This document shows, piece after piece, positions 26,874 through 36,089 of a DNA stretch of 64,000 bases. The DNA comes from Escherichia phage HY01: sequence record NC_027349.1, one strand, 5' to 3'. A model generated the notes under the pieces. It was not told the origin of the DNA and made no database searches. It saw only the letters and a list, made by a program, of their open reading frames with translations. The first letter of the stretch is position 1, and every line of letters starts with the position of its first letter. The position numbers and the translations under genes were made by a program.

Positions 26874-27411
26874 TTACTATTTCCAACAGTTTATTATTTT
26901 TAAGGTAGTTAGCCTTTTCTAGGACTTCAGAAGCATATTTAGAACCTGCTTTAACATTCCATCCCGAATTATAAGAGGATATTGCCTTTCTTATATCGCC
27001 CTTATGTATATTTAACCAATAAGAAAGTTCAATGTACGCCCAGGAAGCTGAATTGGACCGTTTATTCAACATTCTTTTTATTTCAGCATCGGTCATATTA
27101 TAACCAAGTTCCTTAACTCTTGCTCGCATGGTCGGCAAATAATTTTGGAACATTCCATAGGCATGATGCTTTGGTTTAGATTTTAAATTAACTCCGGCAG
27201 AGCTTTCTTGCCATAAAATAGCAGCCATTATATGACCTAATCCACTCTTGTGGATATTTTTGTGTGTTTTATATTTTCCATCCTTAGAAAATTGTTCCCC
27301 GAATTGATATGCGTAACGCATGTTATCGAGTTGGACATTACTGAAAGTATGCTCGGAGCTATGTGCCATCATTGAAATGGCCAATAGACCAGCGAGTAGT
27401 GCTTTTCTCAT
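26866..27411 (-). CDS. Secreted lytic-transglycosylase-like protein (SLT domain), 181 aa
   Basis: Signal peptide MRKALLAGLLAISMMAHS; catalytic-region motif ILWQESS and YNSG. Confidence 0.6.
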   Translation of the reverse strand: MRKALLAGLLAISMMAHSSEHTFSNVQLDNMRYAYQFGEQFSKDGKYKTHKNIHKSGLGHIMAAILWQESSAGVNLKSKPKHHAYGMFQNYLPTMRARVKELGYNMTDAEIKRMLNKRSNSASWAYIELSYWLNIHKGDIRKAISSYNSGWNVKAGSKYASEVLEKANYLKNNKLLEIVND

Positions 27412-27418
27412 GCTTACC

Positions 27419-27880
27419 TCATTGAGTTTTAATTACTGCTTTAGAAGCCTTTCCTGGTAAACGACGACTGTTAATAATTGCCATCCTGCACTGAAGCGAC
27501 GGGTCTTTGAACTTCGCATTAGGTTTACAAACTGTAAATCCAAGCCAAAGATTTCCATCTGTGATTTCTAAACGCCCAGGACGATATTCAACCCCATCAA
27601 TAAAATCCTCGTCAATGTCAGGACGCGGAGGCATACTCAGGAATTCATTAACTTCTAAAACATGGTCTTTTATTTTGTGGAATAATTCAAAAACATATGT
27701 CTCATCAATCTCCCGTTGAATTGCACGATCAAGAAGATGTTGAGAATATTTTAGATGAAACGATGAGACCCCTGCTGCTTTTGATGCCTCACGAATCTCA
27801 TTGTTAATTTGACGAAACTCCGACTCAAAGTGACGACGGAGCTTATTTCGACGGATAAAAACTTCTGTGTTGATAGTCAT
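27419..27880 (-). CDS. regB: Endoribonuclease RegB
   Basis: 153 aa, length as T4 RegB; position between tk region and denV; sequence matches my recollection of RegB. Confidence 0.8.
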   Translation of the reverse strand: MTINTEVFIRRNKLRRHFESEFRQINNEIREASKAAGVSSFHLKYSQHLLDRAIQREIDETYVFELFHKIKDHVLEVNEFLSMPPRPDIDEDFIDGVEYRPGRLEITDGNLWLGFTVCKPNAKFKDPSLQCRMAIINSRRLPGKASKAVIKTQ

Positions 27881-27907
27881 GTTATTCTCCTCTTAACTGA
27901 TAGAAAA

Positions 27908-27937
27908 ATTATACCACAGTCAAGAGGAAAAGTAAAC
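27908..27937 (-). promoter_or_regulatory. T4-type early promoter-like element (GTTTAC / TATAAT) upstream of regB
   Basis: Minus-strand GTTTAC 27937-27932, TATAAT 27913-27908. Confidence 0.45.
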
Positions 27938-27939
27938 AG

Positions 27940-28260
27940 TTATTCTTTAAATCTAATCAATTTATTCATAGACTTTGAAACTTCTGCACGAACCTCATGT
28001 AGGTTTTTGAGCTGTTCAAGACGCTGCTCATAGTAAGCAATTTCATCTTCTTCGAGACAGTCCTGTGAATCTTCTTTAAGATAACGTGCATAGTCCTGGA
28101 AAGCTTTACGGACTACTTCCTGGAAGTCATCAAGACTTTGAATTTTCTTAGGAGCAACAGATACACGACGAGGGGCAGTATAATACTCATAACCAAACCC
28201 TACGCTTAATTGAGCCATTAATATTTTTCCTCTGGTTGGAACACAGCACGACAAGCCCAC
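27940..28260 (-). CDS. Hypothetical protein (106 aa)
   Basis: ORF track. Confidence 0.5.
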   Translation of the reverse strand: MGLSCCVPTRGKILMAQLSVGFGYEYYTAPRRVSVAPKKIQSLDDFQEVVRKAFQDYARYLKEDSQDCLEEDEIAYYEQRLEQLKNLHEVRAEVSKSMNKLIRFKE

Positions 28261-28484
28261 ATACTGGCTTCTTTGAGTTTCGTTTTAGCAATAGTTAACT
28301 GATCGAGGCTTTCAGCATAATTCTTTGCGAATTCACAGTCTTCACAATTATCCAGTGCTTCCCAGAATTCATCATATAAAGCATCAAAGATAAGTCCTAA
28401 ACGAACTTCAGCGTCTTTGATAGCATTCACTTTACCGATTTTCTCTTCAGTGTGCGGCTTATAACCTTTAATGTCTTCAATCAT
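28218..28484 (-). CDS. Small helical protein (88 aa); in the position of T4 vs.4 (Acb2 anti-CBASS cyclic-nucleotide sponge)
   Basis: Assignment by synteny (second ORF after regB, two before the GrcA-like gene) and size only. Confidence 0.45.
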   Translation of the reverse strand: MIEDIKGYKPHTEEKIGKVNAIKDAEVRLGLIFDALYDEFWEALDNCEDCEFAKNYAESLDQLTIAKTKLKEASMWACRAVFQPEEKY

Positions 28485-28698
28485 ATTCTACTTCCTCACC
28501 TGTTCCCAAATCATATTCAACTAAACGAATAGGCTCATGAATGCCATATCCTTGAACAGAAATTTCTGTCGTAGGATAAATTCCATTAATATCACCCATG
28601 TTCCACGCTTCATTAAATTGCTGTTCGCCTGAATTACTAAACCACTCGGCGAAAGCATTTAGCACATCTTTAGAACCTTCAATAATTATCTTTGCCAT
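28477..28698 (-). CDS. Hypothetical protein (73 aa)
   Basis: ORF track. Confidence 0.45.
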   Translation of the reverse strand: MAKIIIEGSKDVLNAFAEWFSNSGEQQFNEAWNMGDINGIYPTTEISVQGYGIHEPIRLVEYDLGTGEEVEYD

Positions 28699-29060
28699 TA
28701 CAAACTCTCAGTAAAGGTACGAGCGATAACGTCGCGCTGCTGTTCCGGAGTCAGAGAGTTAAAGCGAACTGCATATCCGGATACACGGATGGTCAGCTGC
28801 GGATATTTTTCCGGATGCTTAACTGCATCTTCCAGAGTTTCACGACGCAGAACGTTTACGTTCAGGTGTTGACCACCCTCAATTTTAACTGTAGGCTGTG
28901 TTTCAATTTCAATTTCACGGGCATGCAAACCATAGAAAATTTCTGGGTCTACAAAAGAGTCCTCTTTAAAAGTTTTAGAGACAATAATTCGTGCTTGAAT
29001 ACCGTCTTCAAAATAAATAGTACCTTTATGCGTGCCTTCAAGAATTTGATATGCTTTCAT
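28698..29060 (-). CDS. Autonomous glycyl radical cofactor GrcA/YfiD-like protein
   Basis: C-terminal [60 protein letters not shown] matches the glycyl-radical domain of E. coli GrcA as I recall it; N-terminal about 50 aa differ. Confidence 0.85.
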   Translation of the reverse strand: MKAYQILEGTHKGTIYFEDGIQARIIVSKTFKEDSFVDPEIFYGLHAREIEIETQPTVKIEGGQHLNVNVLRRETLEDAVKHPEKYPQLTIRVSGYAVRFNSLTPEQQRDVIARTFTESL

Positions 29061-29070
29061 ATAACCCCTC

Positions 29071-29451
29071 TCAATTAGAAAATAAATTTATCCAAGATTG
29101 CTCTTTAATTAAAAATGGCTCAGAATCATATGCCATTAAACTTTGGGTAATTAGTCCTTTAAAAGGCCCATCAATAAATTCCATGGTAAAATATGGAATT
29201 TTATTCATTAATCTTGCATTAGGAGCAGTGCATAAAACTCTGCATCCTTTGAATACACCTTTTTGTAATTTGTATTGCTTAGGATAAAATTCACTCAAGA
29301 CGTTGTTATTTGCCAAAATTTCAAAATGATTCACCAATTTATTTTTAATAGTTTTTGGCGAAAAATAAAGATATTCGAAAAGTTGCGTGTCTGTCATCAT
29401 TGCATTCCGATTATGAAAAACTGTGGACGAGTAATACCACCAATGCAACAT
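29071..29451 (-). CDS. Hypothetical protein (126 aa; likely starts near 29397)
   Basis: ORF track; overlaps upstream ORF unless an internal Met is used. Confidence 0.45.
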   Translation of the reverse strand: MLHWWYYSSTVFHNRNAMMTDTQLFEYLYFSPKTIKNKLVNHFEILANNNVLSEFYPKQYKLQKGVFKGCRVLCTAPNARLMNKIPYFTMEFIDGPFKGLITQSLMAYDSEPFLIKEQSWINLFSN

Positions 29452-29984
29452 TTACTATTGCAACAGTGGTGCACAGTTTCAATATGAATATCGTAAATTT
29501 TATCCATATCAGGAGATTTAACAGGCTCATCAATTATATACAAAATCCGCGAAAGCGATAAACCTCTGAACTTGCTTCCTTTATTACCGATAAAACTACG
29601 GACAGAATCGGTAAATAAGCGGAATCGAATATCATCGCCAGAATAACGAGAAAATTCTTTTTTAATGTGGCCCGCAGAAATTTTAGCGTAAGCTGAAGTA
29701 TTAGAAAGAACAATAACTGTTCCACCATCATACAGCCAATTAGCAGCAAAGTTAGTCACAGCAGTTGATTTACCGGATTGTCTGCCACCATCTAATCGAA
29801 GTGTGCAATACTGCTTGAGTAAGTCTTCAAATGGTGGGATATAATCGTTTTTACAAATTTCTTCTACTCTAGCATCAGAATGGTGTGTAAAAGCATTCAT
29901 CAGGGATAGATAAGGACCAGTTAAAAATGTTCTCATTTTATTCTCTCTAAATTTGGGCCATTCCATGGCGCATGAATTGTCCAT
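29397..29984 (-). CDS. Small P-loop NTPase (195 aa)
   Basis: Walker A GGRQSGKST and Walker B-like LYIIDEP. Confidence 0.6.
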   Translation of the reverse strand: MDNSCAMEWPKFRENKMRTFLTGPYLSLMNAFTHHSDARVEEICKNDYIPPFEDLLKQYCTLRLDGGRQSGKSTAVTNFAANWLYDGGTVIVLSNTSAYAKISAGHIKKEFSRYSGDDIRFRLFTDSVRSFIGNKGSKFRGLSLSRILYIIDEPVKSPDMDKIYDIHIETVHHCCNSKCCIGGITRPQFFIIGMQ

Positions 29985-30089
29985 TTCTGTATTTACCCAT
30001 TACCGCACTTGGGCTCGACCTTATTACAGGTTGGCGGGAATCCCTCACAGAATCATGAGGTCCAGGTTGTTCCCATATTTCTTATTTGC

Positions 30090-30563
30090 TTATTTGAATG
30101 ATTTAACGTACTGAATAGAACCTTTACTATTTACAAAGGCAATTTTACCATTTTTATTGTACATAGTAGCAGTACGCTGATAACCATAAGTTTGTTTACC
30201 AGATTGATAACCAACTAATGCGAAATTATCTTCGCCCATTTTATTCTGTTTAGCGCGGATGCGTTCATGACCGTGTGCCATAAGAACCTTAGCATCACCA
30301 GTTGAAATTGATCTACGAGTTTTTTCATCTTCAACTGTATTAACAAAGTCGTCAAATGAATCAAATTTAGCATGGGATTTATTATACAGTTTTCCATCTA
30401 CTGCATAATTATATCCCTGTACATCCATCTCAACTTCTGTACCATCATCCAATACAGCAGTGATTTTTTGACCTTTTTTAAATTTCAAAAGATCAGTAAA
30501 AGATTCAGCAATAATTTGAGAATTAATAGCTGCTTCAGTGATAAATTCTTGATATGTTTTCAT
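30090..30563 (-). CDS. Internal-protein-like capsid-targeted protein (157 aa)
   Basis: N-terminal capsid-targeting sequence MKTYQEFITEAAINSQIIAE with prohead-protease-type L/I-x-E sites. Confidence 0.65.
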   Translation of the reverse strand: MKTYQEFITEAAINSQIIAESFTDLLKFKKGQKITAVLDDGTEVEMDVQGYNYAVDGKLYNKSHAKFDSFDDFVNTVEDEKTRRSISTGDAKVLMAHGHERIRAKQNKMGEDNFALVGYQSGKQTYGYQRTATMYNKNGKIAFVNSKGSIQYVKSFK

Positions 30564-30572
30564 ATGTTTCCT

Positions 30573-30989
30573 TTAAATGTAAATATTTTTGCCGTAATAC
30601 TTGTACCAGTGTGGCTTCATTAAAATTTTTTTATCGAGTCGTTGTTGACTCAATTTAATAGCTGATTTGCATGGATTATAATCATTTTTCCATTCTGCTG
30701 GAATATCGCTGATGTCAGGAACTTCAGTATCTTTTATACTAAACCCACGTTTTAAGCATTCCATTATAATGTCTGATTGACGCTTTCGCAAAAATTCTAA
30801 CTTGTCGTAAAAGAACGTAACATGACCAGAACCTAAAATAAACTCGGAAGATATTTTAAAATCTTTAACCCGCTTACCATTTGCCACGTGTTTACGAACT
30901 ATACCAAAAACGCGTGGCAATTCACGGTATTCTGCGATTAAATGTTGATCAGCAAGTTCAGATACTAAAGTCAAATTAATACGAGTCAT
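30573..30989 (-). CDS. denV: Endonuclease V (pyrimidine-dimer DNA glycosylase)
   Basis: 138 aa; [17 protein letters not shown]...WYKYYGK matches T4 endo V. Confidence 0.93.
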   Translation of the reverse strand: MTRINLTLVSELADQHLIAEYRELPRVFGIVRKHVANGKRVKDFKISSEFILGSGHVTFFYDKLEFLRKRQSDIIMECLKRGFSIKDTEVPDISDIPAEWKNDYNPCKSAIKLSQQRLDKKILMKPHWYKYYGKNIYI

Positions 30990-31012
30990 TTTATCCCTCC
31001 AAGTAACTGTGA

Positions 31013-31044
31013 ATATACTATCACAATTCTAGGAGAAAGTAAAC
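31013..31044 (-). promoter_or_regulatory. T4-type early promoter-like element upstream of denV
   Basis: Minus-strand GTTTAC 31044-31039 with AT-rich -10. Confidence 0.4.
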
Positions 31045-31048
31045 CACT

Positions 31049-31579
<531 letters not shown>

Positions 31580-32035
31580 TTAAAAGAGGCTGTTCATTAT
31601 TCGGTAAAGTGAAGGACCCATCACATATTGCCACTGGGTACGAGGAATAAGAGCAAAAGCGTCCATCTCTGGAATCATAATGCCATCTTTATTTTCAAAA
31701 TAAGACTCACAATGGCAATTTCTAAACATCTCATGCTCTACTGGAATCGTATAATAAAATAACTGTAAGTCTTTATTACTAGAATATTTAAATACACCTA
31801 GGTCTTCTAGAAGGTCTGGATTATAATTGCTAAAACCAGTCTCTTCTAAACATTCTCTTCGTGCTGCATCTAGTGCGTTTAAATCAGAATTTTCTACGCG
31901 GCCCTTTGGGATATCCCAGCGATGTGCCATCATTCCAGGCTTACGAGAACCAGTAACCCGACCCATAAATAAATCTTTATCTTCTGTCATAAAGATAATA
32001 CCAGCCGATAATGTTTTCATTTTAATTTCCTGCAT
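31580..32035 (-). CDS. nudE: Nudix hydrolase NudE
   Basis: 151 aa; Nudix box GRVENSDLNALDAARRECLEETGF. Confidence 0.85.
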   Translation of the reverse strand: MQEIKMKTLSAGIIFMTEDKDLFMGRVTGSRKPGMMAHRWDIPKGRVENSDLNALDAARRECLEETGFSNYNPDLLEDLGVFKYSSNKDLQLFYYTIPVEHEMFRNCHCESYFENKDGIMIPEMDAFALIPRTQWQYVMGPSLYRIMNSLF

Positions 32036-32505
32036 TCAGTGATAAAGTTATTTAAATTTTGAGTATATTTCTTTTCATCAAAAATCTTTTGTTGTCTGCG
32101 TAGCCGCCATGGCATTTCAATGAACGTGTACCATATCCCAGATAATATTGCTGCTGTAAAAATATTAACAAGTATGGTTAAAAGAATCCAATCTCCTATT
32201 CTGTCCATTGGATTTTTTATAAAAAAGTAAAATACGAATGATGTCACAGGAAGACTAATAATATACCACAGAATCATAATCTTATCTGTGAACCAATCAG
32301 CGTTCGTTAACTTAGCGCGACCATTATAAATACACACGAATTTATCATCTGTTGCAGTAGATGGCTTAACTGGTTGATATCCCATTCTAAACTCCCTAAT
32401 CAACAAATTTTTCATATCTTCGGAACAGCCATTCCAGTCAACTCTATCAACTGAAATGCCATCATCCCCATCATCTAAATCATACCAGCGAGTTTTTAAA
32501 ATCAT
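32017..32505 (-). CDS. Membrane protein (162 aa) with C-terminal F-I-x-E-C-R-K motif
   Basis: Two hydrophobic helices; C-terminus NNFITECRKLK. Confidence 0.55.
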   Translation of the reverse strand: MILKTRWYDLDDGDDGISVDRVDWNGCSEDMKNLLIREFRMGYQPVKPSTATDDKFVCIYNGRAKLTNADWFTDKIMILWYIISLPVTSFVFYFFIKNPMDRIGDWILLTILVNIFTAAILSGIWYTFIEMPWRLRRQQKIFDEKKYTQNLNNFITECRKLK

Positions 32506-32864
32506 TTAATTTTCCTGCAATCGCTCACAAACTCTTTCATTGATTCATTTTCAATATAAGACATGTAGCTATTGTATTCTTTTAATTGTATTTTGTAATC
32601 CTTTTTTCTTTGCCAATTTATTTTAAAATTATCATAATGAAAATATAGTATAGTGCCAAAGAATGAAAATAATGAAATCGCTATAGTAAAACGAAGTTCA
32701 CTCCAAACCTCTGTTATAATTGCTGAACCATCGATGTTTAAAATAATACAGTCAATCATTAATCCAATAAGACTACCAGCAAGAGCTGCAAATACTGACA
32801 CGGCAAGAATTAATAGTGCCTCGGGAAACGAATATTTGACTTTATTTAGTTTTGGCTTTTGCAT
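32502..32864 (-). CDS. Membrane protein (120 aa), paralog-like
   Basis: Two hydrophobic helices; C-terminus KEFVSDCRKIK. Confidence 0.55.
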   Translation of the reverse strand: MQKPKLNKVKYSFPEALLILAVSVFAALAGSLIGLMIDCIILNIDGSAIITEVWSELRFTIAISLFSFFGTILYFHYDNFKINWQRKKDYKIQLKEYNSYMSYIENESMKEFVSDCRKIK

Positions 32865-33247
32865 CGTGATTCCTTAACAAATTTCATAATTTCGTTAAAT
32901 TCATACATATCTAGTTTAAGCTGGTGTTCCTTTTTAATCTTTTTACACTGAGCTTTCCATTCACGTACGCGTTTACGATAATGTCTTCCTTGATACCAGT
33001 ATCCTACCCAATTTACAGGTACTAATAAAAATGGAACTATCATTGGAAGAATTAGTGTTGACACAAATATTACATCAAATTTATTAGCAGTCATAACGTC
33101 TATAACCATTCCAGCTATAAATGATACAACTACAACAGGACCCATTAATACATCGGTAGAAATTATCTGGCGCTTTAATTCATACTTCAAAGGTTTACTT
33201 GGAAGGTATAGTGATGGCTTTGACATATTCTCTACATTCCTTAACAA
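32846..33247 (-). CDS. Membrane protein (133 aa by track; track start codon is TTG, probable ATG at about 33226)
   Basis: Two hydrophobic helices; C-terminus MKFVKESRCKSQN. Confidence 0.5.
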   Translation of the reverse strand: MLRNVENMSKPSLYLPSKPLKYELKRQIISTDVLMGPVVVVSFIAGMVIDVMTANKFDVIFVSTLILPMIVPFLLVPVNWVGYWYQGRHYRKRVREWKAQCKKIKKEHQLKLDMYEFNEIMKFVKESRCKSQN

Positions 33248-33809
33248 ATTTTTCTAGTAATAAATCGCTTTCAAAATTAGGATTTTCTACGAATTTATCA
33301 AAAAGATCATCAACAACAGTCAAGATATTCTTTTTACTAAGAATACGCTTATTTTCATATTTTGTTTCAGAGTCAACTATAAGAGTAAAGAAATATTTCT
33401 TTCCCTGAAATTTTACCGTAGTATCAATATAAAATAAATTTGACTTTTGTAAATTACGTTTAAACCCTGCGTCACTTAAACTGTAAACGCCAAGATAATC
33501 ATAATCGTCGTTTAAATAACAAACTGTCCATTCAGGGGAAACGAAATCAGTAAATTCAACATCAAAATCACACGTCAATGAATGAATTGATTCAATACTT
33601 TTAATAAGTATTCCAGGGCGTATTAAAGACTTTTTACCTCTATAAAATCTTCCAGAAAGACTTTCATCAGTTTCATATGAAGACCCCCAATAGTAATTAC
33701 GTCCTTCTGCCATACGTTTAAGAGCATTTAGTAATTGGTCTGGAACATCAACCTGTCTTTGGAACTCTTCAAACATTGAATTGAAATCACTTTGCATTTT
33801 CATTTTCAT
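33195..33809 (-). CDS. Hypothetical protein (204 aa)
   Basis: ORF track; C-terminal EKFVKECREYVKA resembles the motif of the three downstream membrane proteins. Confidence 0.55.
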   Translation of the reverse strand: MKMKMQSDFNSMFEEFQRQVDVPDQLLNALKRMAEGRNYYWGSSYETDESLSGRFYRGKKSLIRPGILIKSIESIHSLTCDFDVEFTDFVSPEWTVCYLNDDYDYLGVYSLSDAGFKRNLQKSNLFYIDTTVKFQGKKYFFTLIVDSETKYENKRILSKKNILTVVDDLFDKFVENPNFESDLLLEKFVKECREYVKAITIPSK

Positions 33810-33828
33810 TCCTATTTACTCCAAGTAT

Positions 33829-33846
33829 AAGGGGCCGAAGCCCCTT
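33829..33846 (-). terminator. Tetraloop hairpin AAGGGGC-CGAA-GCCCCTT
   Basis: Perfect inverted repeat between ORFs 33851-34444 and 33195-33809. Confidence 0.5.
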
Positions 33847-33850
33847 ATCA

Positions 33851-34444
33851 TTATTTCAGAGAATTAATGTATTCCTGAACATCGGCAGAGGTAGTTTCAA
33901 CCCCGGAAATATTACCGTTAAAGGTTTCAACTCGAGCAAGAGTATCTTCAATATCAACCTTAGTTAGCGCTGCGATTTCAACTACATCATCAGCAGTACT
34001 AATTCCAAGGGCATTTGCCGCACGAGTTTCACGGATATATTCCAATTTAACTGCAAGTTCTTGACGAGCATCATCTAACTCAACTACTTTCTTGGCGATT
34101 TCAATTCGCATTTCAGCATAACCATCAGCTTTAGTAGTCAACTGCTCAGCTGTTCGACGATATAGTAAACCGAGCTTAGCATGCATTGTTACATCTTGAC
34201 CTTCGGAAAGAAGTTTGCGAATTTCACGCTCTTTTGATTCGGCTTGTCGATTCTTTTCGATAACAAGTTCACGAATACGTTTTTCTTCATTAATAGATTT
34301 AACAGAAGCAGTTTTTAGGTCTTTAATTTTATCAAGAAGTTTTGCTGCTGCAGCAGTATACTGTTCTTCAACAGATAGATTTTTAGCCATAGCAGAACCA
34401 AGTTTAGTGCGAATAAACTCAACAATTTTCTTCAGTGTGTTCAT
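33851..34444 (-). CDS. Coiled-coil protein (197 aa), PspA/IM30-like architecture
   Basis: Predominantly helical, charged heptad-like sequence; similarity to PspA is architectural only. Confidence 0.5.
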   Translation of the reverse strand: MNTLKKIVEFIRTKLGSAMAKNLSVEEQYTAAAAKLLDKIKDLKTASVKSINEEKRIRELVIEKNRQAESKEREIRKLLSEGQDVTMHAKLGLLYRRTAEQLTTKADGYAEMRIEIAKKVVELDDARQELAVKLEYIRETRAANALGISTADDVVEIAALTKVDIEDTLARVETFNGNISGVETTSADVQEYINSLK

Positions 34445-34487
34445 AGTATTTCCTTAGGTTGATTAAAAATTAAAATCTATGGAAGAA

Positions 34488-35003
34488 TTATATCATGCTA
34501 TTTAAGAGATGTAAACTATTTTTAATTTTACAAATTCGTTCAGCTTCTTCAACAGCGGCGATAATGCTTTTAGCTATAGGAGTACTAATACTAGTAGCTT
34601 TTACACTTAACACGATTTCTTTATCTTTACCAGGCCAACCCCACGATTTTTCACCGTGAGTGCCTTTAATTACAGCAGACACCTCAAGTGAGCATCCATT
34701 ATCATATGTTTTTACATTGACAACCCAAGGTTCACTTTTCTCAATCGGTTTATCCCAGTAAATATTAAGAATACGTGGGACATCAAATTTGGCAGGACAA
34801 ATCTTAACCGTAAGACCTTCGCTTTCTAGCCAATTAATAAGAGGGCGTTCATACAGGCGACGATGTGGGCTTGGGATTCGACAAGCCTTATGTCCGTTGC
34901 TTGCGGCTTCACTAAGCTGTTCTAATACCTGCTTTTGCATTATTGATAAGATACCATCAAAAGATTTTTCGGAAGTTTCATTCAGTTCGGTATAAAGAGA
35001 CAT
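34488..35003 (-). CDS. Hypothetical protein (171 aa)
   Basis: ORF track. Confidence 0.55.
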   Translation of the reverse strand: MSLYTELNETSEKSFDGILSIMQKQVLEQLSEAASNGHKACRIPSPHRRLYERPLINWLESEGLTVKICPAKFDVPRILNIYWDKPIEKSEPWVVNVKTYDNGCSLEVSAVIKGTHGEKSWGWPGKDKEIVLSVKATSISTPIAKSIIAAVEEAERICKIKNSLHLLNSMI

Positions 35004-35058
35004 AACAGTTTCCTCAAATTATAGGCTCATAATATCTCAATCATGAGCCTATGTAAAC

Positions 35059-35334
35059 TTATTTCATATTATTAAAATATTCTTCTGCGATTTCGTCGTT
35101 ATCATGGTAAACTTTAGAAGACAGTTTAACATAACCTTCAGCAGTGAACATGTTAATCACAACCTTTACAGTATACCACTGACCGTCTTCATTACCCATT
35201 ACTGCGTAAGTTTCAAACATCGGATGGTCAGGACCGATAACTTTAATATCATTCACTGTACGACCGAAATCTTCTGAAACGCATTTCATAAAGAAGTTGA
35301 ACAGTTCGCCGTAATTATCCATTTCATTCTCCAA
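35059..35334 (-). CDS. Hypothetical protein (91 aa)
   Basis: ORF track; preceded by consensus early promoter. Confidence 0.5.
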   Translation of the reverse strand: MENEMDNYGELFNFFMKCVSEDFGRTVNDIKVIGPDHPMFETYAVMGNEDGQWYTVKVVINMFTAEGYVKLSSKVYHDNDEIAEEYFNNMK

Positions 35335-35365
35335 GTTGTTTTCTGTATCAGTAGTTGATAGTTGT

Positions 35366-35395
35366 ATAGTACCATGGAAAAACGGGGATGTAAAC
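35366..35395 (-). promoter_or_regulatory. T4-type early promoter (GTTTAC / TACTAT)
   Basis: 32-mer 35343-35374 identical to 19504-19536. Confidence 0.55.
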
Positions 35396-35530
35396 AGTTT
35401 TGTGAAAAATTTTTTAAAAAGTTTTAGGGAATTCTAGGGTGGGAAGGGGCAATTAAAGGATAGGATAATATATTATAAAGGGTAGAAACTAAATGGTGCC
35501 TAGAGAGGTCCAGAAAGGTCTAGATACCAA

Positions 35531-35560
35531 AAAGCCCCAACCTTTTGGTCGGGGCTAAAA
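35531..35560 (-). terminator. Rho-independent terminator hairpin (GCCCCGACC-AAAA-GGTTGGGGC) plus U-run
   Basis: Near-identical copy of the hairpin at 36090-36117; 3' of the ip-like gene. Confidence 0.55.
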
Positions 35561-35562
35561 TG

Positions 35563-36036
35563 TTATTTGATTTGTTTAGCAGACCAAATGCGGTCTTTAA
35601 TAATTTTTTGGATGTCTTCAACATACTCAAGAGAGTGAGCATGTGGATTATCTTTGAAACTATAAGCGCGGGCTAACTTTTGGCCTTCGGTTTTGATTAC
35701 TAAAAGCTCTTTAAGGATAGCTTCATATTTAGCGATAATTCCTTTAACGATATTTTTTTCTTGTGCAGCTTTAGGATCTGCTTTAGGAGCAGGTTTACCT
35801 GAAGCCTTTGCAAAAGCAGCGCCAGTAGCAACTAAACTTTTCCAGGCCATACTAACTGCATTTCCCGTAAATCCTTCTGCTTTCATGTCGCGAGCAAACT
35901 GGAATCGTGATTCGTCAGAAGCATCTTTATAGGAATATTTACCCGCTGCAATGGCTGCTTTTGCGACAGCTTGAATTTCGGTGCTAGATGCTTCATTTAA
36001 CACCGCTTCATTTAAAAATTGAGCATATGATTTCAT
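35563..36036 (-). CDS. Internal-protein-like capsid-targeted protein (157 aa)
   Basis: N-terminal MKSYAQFLNEAVLNEASSTE with L-x-E protease-type sites, resembling IP capsid-targeting sequences. Confidence 0.6.
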   Translation of the reverse strand: MKSYAQFLNEAVLNEASSTEIQAVAKAAIAAGKYSYKDASDESRFQFARDMKAEGFTGNAVSMAWKSLVATGAAFAKASGKPAPKADPKAAQEKNIVKGIIAKYEAILKELLVIKTEGQKLARAYSFKDNPHAHSLEYVEDIQKIIKDRIWSAKQIK

Positions 36037-36076
36037 CTTATTTCCTGTTTTAATTCGTGGATTTAATATACTACTA

Positions 36077-36084
36077 TATTTATA
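36077..36084 (-). promoter_or_regulatory. Late-promoter box TATAAATA upstream of the ip-like gene
   Basis: Plus-strand tatttata at 36077-36084, about 40 nt upstream of the ATG at 36036. Confidence 0.4.
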
Positions 36085-36089
36085 CTAAA

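Noticed and set aside
28698-29060. GrcA-like ORF as host DNA contamination or assembly chimera
   Set aside because: It is embedded in a phage operon with co-oriented overlapping neighbours and has a phage-specific N-terminal half; a T4 homologue is known.
32846-33247. Taking ORF-track start coordinates as ATG starts
   Set aside because: At least this track ORF begins with TTG, so track starts can be alternative start codons; where a downstream ATG with an RBS exists I preferred it (genes 3, 11, 55 and 14084-15085).
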